Shown here one piece after another: positions 8,784 to 17,300 of a stretch of 32,367 bases of DNA; within the stretch, counting starts at the first letter, position 1, and every line of letters begins with the position of its first letter. Both the position numbers and the translations under genes were made by a program. Origin of the DNA: Anatilimnocola sp. (GTDB lineage: Bacteria; Planctomycetota; Planctomycetia; Pirellulales; Pirellulaceae); contig JAYTUF010000242.1 in NCBI GenBank assembly GCA_043744755.1, forward strand, positions 1-32,367, in the 5' to 3' direction. Under the pieces are notes generated by a model. That model saw nothing but the letters and a program-made list of their open reading frames with translations, searched no databases and was not told where the DNA came from.

Positions 8784-10328
8784 CTACATCACCGCAAAGT
8801 AATTCTCAACGGCCAGATCGAGAAACTCTGCTGTCAGCTCCGGCTGTTGCCTTTGATAGAGGCAGAAGTTTTTGACTTGCAGCAGCAAATCGCGCGGCTG
8901 GCAAGCGCGGAACGGACGGTTCACGGCCATGTAGTGCTTGGTGATCAGGTGATCCAGAGCCGAGGTGTTGTAGGTGAAACCCAATTTGGGGCACATCATT
9001 TCAAACAACTTGCGGAACTCTTCCTCGGTCGGATTGTTGACTTCGATTTTGTACGGAATCCGCCGCAGGAATGCTTCATCAACCAGTTGTTTTGGTTCGA
9101 GGTTCGTCGAGAAAACTATCAATTGATCGAAAGGAACCTGGATCTTCTTGCCATTCGGCAGGTTCAAATAGTCGTATCGTTTTTCGAGCGGCACGATCCA
9201 GCGGTTGAGCAACTGGTCGGTGCTCATCTTCTGCCGGCCGAAGTCGTCGATGACCAGCGTGCCGCAGTTGCTCTTGAGTTGCAGCGGGGCTTCGCTGATG
9301 CCGGTCGAACGATTGAGCGTCACTTCCAGGCTGTCCATCGTCAGTTCACCACCGACCACGATCGTCGGCCGGCGAATGCGGACCCAGCGGCGATCCAGCC
9401 GCGACTGATCGAGCAAGCCCGTGTTCTGCGGCAGCGGGCATTCTTCGTGGTTGACGGGATCGAACAGGCGGATGATTTCGCCATCGACGCCAATGGCCCG
9501 GGGGATCCAAATGAACTGACCGAAGGCTCGCGTCACGCGCTCGGCGATCGTCGTCTTGCCGTTACCAGCCGAGCCATACAGAAACAGACCCCGGCCGCTG
9601 TTGATCGCGGGACCGAGCCGCCGGAGCATGTTGGGGTTGACGAGGATGTCGCTGAAGGCGCGGCTCAGGTCGTCTTGCGAAGGATGCTGCTTGGTGAGCG
9701 ATTGGGCCGACACGCCGAGGATGTAGTCGGTCAGCGAGACCGGCGCCGAGCCGTAATACGTGCAGTGTTCCATGTACCGCCGCGAGCGTTCGCGGCCGAG
9801 ATCCGTGAGCTGATAAACGTAGTCGTTCATCGGCGCGGAACTGCGATAAATCAGCAGTTGATCCTGCTTGAGTTGTCGCAGCAGGGCATCCACCAGCACG
9901 AAGGGCATCCGCACCTGATCGGCCATCTCGCGGCCGGTCAGGTCACCGCGGGCCAGCAGGAATTTCAGCATCAGGGCTTCGACTTCGCTGTCGGTCAGAC
10001 CCGCATCGCGCACGGTGGGAGGCTCGATGGGCAGGAACTCGTCGCACGGCGTGGGATCGGTTGCGGCTGCAGCGGCTGCTGCAACCTGTTGTTCCGGCGC
10101 GACCGGCTTGAGGGCGGGGGCAAGAGCGCTGGCCGTCTTGCGCGGGTCGGGTGTGGTGAGTTGATTGATCCGCTGCAAGAGCTGCGCGAGCTTGGCGTCT
10201 TGCTCGGGCGTGCGCGGTTCGGCCGGATCGTGGGCGGGGGTCTTCGCCGCCAGCGCGGTCCACGTATCGGTGCCGCCGGCTTTCTTGCCGAGCAGGGCCA
10301 TCAAATTGTTGTCGATCGATTTGGTCAT
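8784..10328 (-). CDS. AAA+ family ATPase with N-terminal winged-helix-like domain
   Basis: Walker [13 protein letters not shown], Walker [10 protein letters not shown], sensor-1 VFSTN, Arg-finger region [12 protein letters not shown]. Upstream [24 protein letters not shown]...[10 protein letters not shown] resembles a wHTH. ATG 10328. Confidence 0.88.
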   Translation of the reverse strand: MTKSIDNNLMALLGKKAGGTDTWTALAAKTPAHDPAEPRTPEQDAKLAQLLQRINQLTTPDPRKTASALAPALKPVAPEQQVAAAAAAATDPTPCDEFLPIEPPTVRDAGLTDSEVEALMLKFLLARGDLTGREMADQVRMPFVLVDALLRQLKQDQLLIYRSSAPMNDYVYQLTDLGRERSRRYMEHCTYYGSAPVSLTDYILGVSAQSLTKQHPSQDDLSRAFSDILVNPNMLRRLGPAINSGRGLFLYGSAGNGKTTIAERVTRAFGQFIWIPRAIGVDGEIIRLFDPVNHEECPLPQNTGLLDQSRLDRRWVRIRRPTIVVGGELTMDSLEVTLNRSTGISEAPLQLKSNCGTLVIDDFGRQKMSTDQLLNRWIVPLEKRYDYLNLPNGKKIQVPFDQLIVFSTNLEPKQLVDEAFLRRIPYKIEVNNPTEEEFRKLFEMMCPKLGFTYNTSALDHLITKHYMAVNRPFRACQPRDLLLQVKNFCLYQRQQPELTAEFLDLAVENYFAVM

Positions 10329-10453
10329 ACCAGGCAAGCCTCTCTCGCCAAAGCGTAGGTCGCTGCCGGGGATGGGTCAAATCGGGGGGCTGGTGTCCGT
10401 TAGAGGCCGTTTTCGATGATTGGAGCGGTTGTAACAATGATGCCGCGCCTGAA

Positions 10454-10470
10454 ATGACAACGGTTGTCAT
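10454..10470. promoter_or_regulatory. perfect palindromic operator candidate ATGACAAC-G-GTTGTCAT
   Basis: 8-bp arms with a 1-nt spacer, in the divergent intergenic region between the ATPase and HDOD genes. Confidence 0.55.
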
Positions 10471-10547
10471 CGGGGTGCAAGGCCGTCCGTACTCGATATG
10501 TCTTGACCTAGATTTGTAGAGTGACGCAAACCATCCAGTTGAGAGCA

Positions 10548-11423
10548 ATGAGCTTCAGTACGATTGAGCCTGCGCGGCGCGAATCGCTGGAGAGGCTGTT
10601 TGCGCGGATGGAACAGGTGGCGTCGCTGCCTGTCATTGCCCAGCGCGTGTTGCAACTGACCGATTCCGATGACGTGCAACCGGATGACCTGCGCGAAGCC
10701 ATTCAAACCGATCCCATTCTGGTCGCGCGGATTCTGAGGCGACTCAACTCGTCTTATTATGCGCTGAGCACAAAAATCACCGATCTGCGAACCGCGATCA
10801 GCCTGCTCGGCTTTCAGGAGATTCGCAACCTGGCTTTGACCGTGTGCATGTCGCGATTGTTTGAAACGCCCAACCATCACGGCACCTATCGCCGCGAAGC
10901 GCTGTGGGAACATTGTGTTGCCGTGGGAGCGGCGGCGCGCTTGGTCTCCCGAGTCTGCGGCCGCGGGGTGCCGGAGGAGGCGTACATTGCCGGGCTGTTG
11001 CATGATTTGGGGATCATTCTGATCGATCAATCGCTGCGGCGGCATTTTTGCCAGGTGGTGTCGTTGGTCTCGCCGACGGTTTCCACCTGCGAGGCCGAGA
11101 ATCAGATCCTGTCCTTCGATCATGCGCTGCTGGGCGGCTTTGTCGCCGCGCGGTGGAATTTGGCCGAACCCGTGGTCGACGCGATTGCCTATCATCATTC
11201 CAGCGGCGACTATCAAGGTCCGCATCAAGACCTGGTACACGTGGTCGCGGTTGCCAATTACTTGTGCAGCCGAGCAGGCTGGACGGCGCTCGGCGTACAC
11301 AATGTCCCTTCGCCTCCCGACCAGGTTTATGCGGGGCTGGGCCTCGATCAGATTTCGCTGGCCATCATCTGGGATGAGTTAGAGCCCACGCTCAAGCGCG
11401 CGGAGTCATTGGCGACGGGATAA
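10548..11423 (+). CDS. HDOD domain-containing protein (stand-alone)
   Basis: SLPVIAQRVL, IQTDPILVARILRRLNSSYY, AISLLG, LWEHCVAV, AYIAGLLHDLG, FDHALLGG...WNL...AIAYHH. ATG 10548; ORF track GTG 10521. Confidence 0.93.
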   Translation: MSFSTIEPARRESLERLFARMEQVASLPVIAQRVLQLTDSDDVQPDDLREAIQTDPILVARILRRLNSSYYALSTKITDLRTAISLLGFQEIRNLALTVCMSRLFETPNHHGTYRREALWEHCVAVGAAARLVSRVCGRGVPEEAYIAGLLHDLGIILIDQSLRRHFCQVVSLVSPTVSTCEAENQILSFDHALLGGFVAARWNLAEPVVDAIAYHHSSGDYQGPHQDLVHVVAVANYLCSRAGWTALGVHNVPSPPDQVYAGLGLDQISLAIIWDELEPTLKRAESLATG

Positions 11424-11425
11424 GG

Positions 11426-12823
11426 TCATTCCTTGAGCTGATCTGCTGGACGACGATTCTTGCCGGCCCGCTTCGTGAGCGAATCACCCAAATCTTCGCG
11501 GGCAGCTTCGGCCAGCTTTTGTAAGCGGGCGACGACGTCGGCATTGTTATCCGCGACGTTCGACTTTTCACCTGGATCGGATTTCAGGTTGTAGAGTGCG
11601 AGTTCTGTCTTCGCCTGCAAGTAACCATTAGGCAGACCATCCTTGCCGGCCGCGCCTTGCAATGAACGATAGACGTGGGGGAAGTGTAACTTCCACTCGC
11701 CGCTGCGGACCGCTTCCAGCCCGGTGTCCCAATAGTAATAGAAAACTTCGTGGGGCGATTTCGCGCCCGGTTGGGACAGGAGCGGCCAGATGTCTTGGCC
11801 ATCGATGATGCGGTCGGTGGGCACTTTGCCGCCAGTCAATTTGACGCAGGTGGGGAGGACATCGAGCGTGCTGCAGAACTCGTCGCAAGTCTTTCCAGCG
11901 GGAATCTTGCCGGGCCAGCGCGCGACGAAGGGGACTCGCTGTCCGCCTTCCCAGGTTGTGCCTTTGCCTTCGCGAAACACGCCCGCTGAACCCGCATGAT
12001 TGCCATACGAGAGCCAGGGGCCATTATCGGAACTGAACAGCACCAGCGTGTTTTCGTCGAGGTTAAGCCGCTTGAGCGTGGCGAGAATTTGGCCGACGCT
12101 CCAATCGATTTCCATAATCACATCGCCGAGCAAACCCTGCTCGCTCTTGCCGCGATGCTTCTCAGAAACAAACAGCGGCACATGCGGCATGCTATGCGGC
12201 AGATAAACGAAGAACGGCTCTTTCTGCTGCTCTTCGATAAACTTCACCGCTCGCTCGGTATACCAGGTGGTGAGTTGCGTTTGATCGGGGTTGAGTTCGA
12301 TGGTTTTCTCACCTTCGATCAACGGCAGGTCAGGAAAGTTCTTGGAAGTCGGATGCTTGGGCCACATGTCGTTGGAGTAAGGCAGGCCGAAGTAACGATC
12401 AAAGCCGTGCCGTGTCGGCAGGAACTGCGGATGATGCCCCAAGTGCCACTTGCCGAAGATGGCTGTGGCGTAGCCTTGTTCCTTGAGCAACTCCGGCAGC
12501 AGTTTTTCATTCGCGGCAATGCCGTGCTTCGCCGTTGGGCCCAGCGCGCCAAGGATGCTCACGCGCTGCGGATAGCAGCCTGTGAGCAATGCCGCCCGCG
12601 AAGCGCTGCAGACCGCGGCGGCGGTGTGGAAGTCGGTGCAACGGACTCCCTCCTTCGCCATCTGGTCCAGATGCGGTGTCTGCCAGCCTTTTGCGCCGAA
12701 GCAGCCGAGGTCGGCGTAGCCTAGGTCGTCGCAGTAGATGAGGACGATGTTGGGCGCGGCTTGGGCGAGGGAGGGGAGAAATACGAATAGACCACAGAGG
12801 CACAGAGTGCGCAGAGAGGGCAT
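11426..12823 (-). CDS. secreted formylglycine-dependent sulfatase (S1 family, arylsulfatase-like)
   Basis: Signal peptide, [69 protein letters not shown]. Confidence 0.96.
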   Translation of the reverse strand: MPSLRTLCLCGLFVFLPSLAQAAPNIVLIYCDDLGYADLGCFGAKGWQTPHLDQMAKEGVRCTDFHTAAAVCSASRAALLTGCYPQRVSILGALGPTAKHGIAANEKLLPELLKEQGYATAIFGKWHLGHHPQFLPTRHGFDRYFGLPYSNDMWPKHPTSKNFPDLPLIEGEKTIELNPDQTQLTTWYTERAVKFIEEQQKEPFFVYLPHSMPHVPLFVSEKHRGKSEQGLLGDVIMEIDWSVGQILATLKRLNLDENTLVLFSSDNGPWLSYGNHAGSAGVFREGKGTTWEGGQRVPFVARWPGKIPAGKTCDEFCSTLDVLPTCVKLTGGKVPTDRIIDGQDIWPLLSQPGAKSPHEVFYYYWDTGLEAVRSGEWKLHFPHVYRSLQGAAGKDGLPNGYLQAKTELALYNLKSDPGEKSNVADNNADVVARLQKLAEAAREDLGDSLTKRAGKNRRPADQLKE

Positions 12824-12842
12824 GGGAGGGTTCCGAGGTGGA

Positions 12843-13376
12843 CTAGTGCGCGTGGCCGTGGTCGTCGAAGGAAATGTTTTGGGCGAAGTCTTTGCCGCCG
12901 ATGTTCACCTTCAGGGTGCCCTTGTTAGTTCCGCCGAGGGCGGAGAGGAGGCCAATGAGTTCCTTGTCGACGACTTCAAATTGATGGGCAGTCGGCATGT
13001 CTCCAGCCGTGCGATTGACGGCGGCCAACTCGTAGATTTTGGTTTCGGTGCCGGTCTTTCCTTCGATGATGATGACTTCCGCAGCGCTCGAGGCGTCCTT
13101 ATGCACCTTGATGTCTTTATCGAGCAAATAGACGGTCACCTTGCCGCTGGCGTCCTCATGCACGAATTCGGCGTGGTATTCTTCGTTGCCAATGGCCATC
13201 ACTTTACCGCTGTGAGGCCCCTTGGCATCATGCGAATGTCCCGGGTCCGCTCCATTGCCGGCCGCGGGTTTTACCGGGGCGGGGGGATTGGTGTCGCAGC
13301 CGCTGCAACCAATCAGACTGGCAAATGCGAAAACGACGACGCTCAGCCAGGTTCCAGAAATTGTCCGACGTTGCAT
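12843..13376 (-). CDS. His-rich lipoprotein, putative metal-binding
   Basis: [24 protein letters not shown] lipobox; [22 protein letters not shown]-terminal DDHGHAH. AAGGG lies upstream of ATG 13376. Confidence 0.8.
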   Translation of the reverse strand: MQRRTISGTWLSVVVFAFASLIGCSGCDTNPPAPVKPAAGNGADPGHSHDAKGPHSGKVMAIGNEEYHAEFVHEDASGKVTVYLLDKDIKVHKDASSAAEVIIIEGKTGTETKIYELAAVNRTAGDMPTAHQFEVVDKELIGLLSALGGTNKGTLKVNIGGKDFAQNISFDDHGHAH

Positions 13377-13488
13377 GTGCCAACCCTTGTGATGAAAATG
13401 GAGGAGCGAAGCACCCGCTATGGTATCGCGAGCCGCTGGCGAGTCGCAAGGTAGCCTGTGAGCGACGTAACGCCTGCCCAGCCGCGAA

Positions 13489-13515
13489 CCACTTGATTGC
13501 GGCCCACTTGATTGC
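13489..13515. repeat. 12-bp direct repeat CCACTTGATTGC x2 (15-bp period)
   Basis: 13489-13500 and 13504-13515 are identical; located in the divergent region between the lipoprotein and ECF sigma genes. Confidence 0.85.
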
Positions 13516-13647
13516 AGCACAGTGGAGTGGGCGACTAAGATAGGCAGTACGTCAATCGGCGGCAGCCAATGTTGCCGCTCCCGTTTGATCCCGCCTGTTC
13601 GCCATTTATTCCCACCTTAACCTGGCCGATGTGGTCCGCGACCGCCT

Positions 13648-14304
13648 ATGGATTCGTCCCATCCTCCTCTGCGCCGAATGGATGCCGCCGCATTGGTGAT
13701 GGGTCAGGGTGCGCCCGCGCGTGAACATTCGGCACCAATCAGCACCGCTGCCACCGCGGAACCGCATCAAGGCCTGGCATTGGCTGCCCAACGCGGTGAC
13801 CAGAAAGCCTTCACCGCTTTGGTCGAAATCTATCAACAGACGATTTACGGTTATTTGCGTGCGCGGTTGTACGATTCGGCCGCTGCGGAAGACCTTTGCC
13901 AGGAAACTTTCCTGCGTTGTTATCAAGGGCGAGAAAAACTCGCGCGGGCCACGCAAGTGGGTCCGTGGTTGATTGGCATCGCGCGGAACCTGCTCCGCGA
14001 GCATGTGAAGCGAGTCAGCCGTCGGCGGGAAGTGGCCTGGACGGAGTTATGCTTGGAACTGGATCAAATCGTTCCCGACCGGACGGCGCACGCCAGCGAT
14101 GCGTTGCAAGGCTTGCCAACTTGTCTCGAAGCGCTCGGCCCAAGCGCCCAACAGGCCATTGATTTGCGTTATCGCGCTCAACTGAAGATGACGGAGATTG
14201 CCGGCTTGCTCCGCCGCAGTGAAGGGGCCGTCCGGCTGCTCGTGCATCGGGCGCGGCTGGCGCTCAAGCAATGCCTTGAGAATCGAACATCGTCCGGCAA
14301 ATGA
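13648..14304 (+). CDS. ECF-subfamily RNA polymerase sigma-70 factor
   Basis: Region 2 GDQKAFTALV...AAAEDLCQETFL...WLIGIARN; region 4 AIDLRY...MTEIAGLLRRSEGAVRLLVHRARLALKQCLE. Start uncertain (13648, 13678 or 13699). Confidence 0.94.
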   Translation: MDSSHPPLRRMDAAALVMGQGAPAREHSAPISTAATAEPHQGLALAAQRGDQKAFTALVEIYQQTIYGYLRARLYDSAAAEDLCQETFLRCYQGREKLARATQVGPWLIGIARNLLREHVKRVSRRREVAWTELCLELDQIVPDRTAHASDALQGLPTCLEALGPSAQQAIDLRYRAQLKMTEIAGLLRRSEGAVRLLVHRARLALKQCLENRTSSGK

Positions 14305-17300
14305 CTGGGATGCAAATGGATGGTTTTCGAATGGACGGATTTCAAAAAACAGATCAAGAACTGCTGCAACTCCTCGACGAGAAGATGCCGGAGGAGTTGT
14401 CGCTCGAAGAGATCGAATTACTACGCCAGCGGATGGCTGAATCGCCCGCGCTGCGCGAAGCGCTCGCCAGCCAGGTGCATTTGGAAAGCTATTTGCAAAC
14501 CGCCCTCGCCCGACTTCAACTCTCGCCCGCCGCCATCGCCGCCCGCGCTCGCGAGCAGCAAGCGGGCCGCGGCGGTTTGAGCCTGGTGCTGCTCATTCTG
14601 ATGATTGTGGTTCCCGCCATTGCGGTGGTGGGCGTGGTGGCCATCAATGCGTTCTATTCGCATGAACTCGCACAGAAAGGAAACAACAGCGAGGCAAACG
14701 AAAAGCAGGGTGACGAGGCGGGCGAAAACAAAGACCCGACGAAGACTCCGGAACAAGCGACGGACACTCAGCCCAAAATTGAAGGCGGTGCCATTGAGGA
14801 TCCGACCAAGGCTGATTCACCGACAAAACCAGCCGCAATCGCGCCGATCAAGCCGGCCGCGCCCTTGCCGCCCCCCTGGCAGGCCGTCGTTGAGTCAACG
14901 GTCGAGCCGCCTGCGTTTCAAGAGGTCGCGTTTCAAACATTCGATCTGAGCAAAGAGGTCGTCCGCCGCGATCAATTGCAGCCTTGGTTCGAAGCGGCCG
15001 CGGGGCAGAACTATCGCCTGCACGAAGTCGATACACAGTTCGGCCGCTGTGGCGCGCTGGAAGGCCTCGCACGGCTCAAGTCGCCGTGGCTTAATGATTC
15101 ATTCCTGCGGATGTCGCTGGAAAACTACAACAAGCTGCAGATACATCTCTTTCACGGCAACAAGGGTGTGACGCTCGTCTATCATCAGGATCACAGCTAT
15201 CGCTGGGCGGCGTACACCACCACTCGCAAACCCAAGACCGCTCGGCCTGAAACGCTGGCCCTCACTGCCACCGACGATTCTCGCAATTTGCGCACGGAAA
15301 TGCGTTTCGGCGGGCCGATCGATCTGCGCTTTCACAACGGTCAAGTAGTGCTGAGCCGCGGCGACATTGTGCTGCTCGCCGCGCCGCTGCCGGGACCGCC
15401 CGACGATGTTTACTTTGAAGGGCGGGCGACGTTTTATGGCCTGCAACTGCTGCGAACCAGTGATGCGCCGGCGCTCGCGCCGGCTCGCAAACTAGTATTC
15501 GAAACGGACCGGCCCGCCGATTTACCCTGGACTTCATCCGCGCCCGAGTTAGCACAACCGAAGAAGAACGACGACGGCTCGTTGACGTTCTCCGCCGATA
15601 ACATGATCAAGCACGTCTGGTGCTGGACGCCGCTGCCGCAACCAGGTTTGCAGCAGGTTGTATTTCGGCTCACGAACATCACCCCTGGCGTCTCGGTTTA
15701 TCTGGGTCGAGACCAGGGTCACCCCGCCGAATGCGTGCGGTTTTTGAAGAACCGCCGCAATAATCGACTCGTCGCCAAAATGCGCGGCGTCGATGATGAG
15801 CACGAAATCGATCTGGCGACGCACGCAGAAAGTATCGATGGCGCCGCCGACAACGAATCTTGCTGGCTGCGGCTGGCTTTTGGCTGCGGCACGTTCCGCT
15901 GGTGGATGTCGTCCGACGGCGTGAACTGGGCCCAGCCCGATTTCATCCGCGAGAGTCTGCCCGGCAAGATTGATTCCATTGGCATCCTGCTAGTTGGCAA
16001 ACGGCCTGGCACGCAAGTCACACTCAAGCGAATCGAACTGCGCGAGCTAGCCGCTCTGACCAATCTGGCGAAAGCAGACCTGCGCGGCAAAGCGCTCGCG
16101 CTGCCGCTGGTTCCCACGCTGGCTGCGTGGCAAGACGAAATCACCAAAGCGAAGCCCGCCGAGGTGGACGTGAACGATTGGCGGCGCGCATGTGCGGTGC
16201 AGACATTGGCCGCCGGCGCGACTAAAGAACTAAGCCATCCGCTGCTGGAAATGCTGCTCGATGATCCCGCGACTCAGCAATTGCCGCTTGCCGACCAACT
16301 GGCCGTACATGAAGATGGGCTGCAACTGGTCAGTGATTTGCGAGACGGGCAATCATTAAAAATCAATCTCGTCACCCGGCTGGCGAATGTTGGCTTGTAC
16401 GCGTTTCAAGATCGCAACTTGCCCCCCTGGTCATCAATCCGGCGGACATTTCTCAGCACGCCGATTCACACCTTGCATCGTCCGGCCGGAGCGCCGCTGG
16501 CTGCGGTGGAGCCGCTCGTACGCACGGAGTTAATCCAGCGCGCGTACGCACAACAGCCGCAGGCACTGCTCAAACTTTGCGAGCAACTGCGGTTCTTTCA
16601 TCTCAACGAAACGGTGCCGATGGTCACCTGGGCCGAAGCGCTGGCCCGCCGCGAGACCGCGACCCGCGCCGTGGCTTCGAGCGGCGCACCGACGATCATG
16701 CGCGAAAGCTGGCGACCGCTACTGGTCGAAGAACTAAGCAAAGAAGCTTATAACCTGACGAGCGAATTGCAGGCCGTGCTGGAAAGCGAAGCCTGGGAAG
16801 ACGCGGCGCGGATCATCACCAGCGTCGATCCCGAAGCAGCCCCCGGCGTTTCGCCGTACGTGAAAGACCGCCAGTTGCTCACGTCCCTCCCAGTTGCCGT
16901 GCAATTGCTGCTCGGTGATTTTCCGCAGCTCAAGGAGGCCCTTGGGCAGCGTTATGGTCCGCTCGCCAAGTTACGAATCGGCCAGGCGATTGCAGCCGGA
17001 GATTCGTCGGCCGTTGAACTGGCTACCGTGCAATTCGGCGCGACGGCGGAATCAGCCGAGGCTTTACGCTGGCTGGGCGATCGCGCTCTGTCGAATGGCT
17101 GGTTTGAGGAAGCCATCGCCTTGTATCAGCGGGCCATTGAACGGCATCCGCTGCTCGCCGGATCGTTAGCCCATCGAAGTCGCTTGGCCGCAGCCATGCT
17201 CGGCCGGGATGTAGGTACTCCGGCGACCTCGGTGGTGCAGTTCAACGACCTGAAGCTCGATGCAGCACAGTTCGAAGCACTCGTTACCGAGATGCGCGCT

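Noticed and set aside
8784-10328. Possible MoxR ATPase serving the VWA operon
   Set aside because: Lacks MoxR hallmarks (RIQFTPDLxPxD, DEINR), is longer, has a wHTH-like domain and sits on the opposite strand 3 kb away.
8250-10358. 702-aa plus-strand ORF
   Set aside because: Antisense shadow of the AAA ATPase and DUF1559 genes; no motifs, and long antisense frames are expected from GC-rich codon bias.
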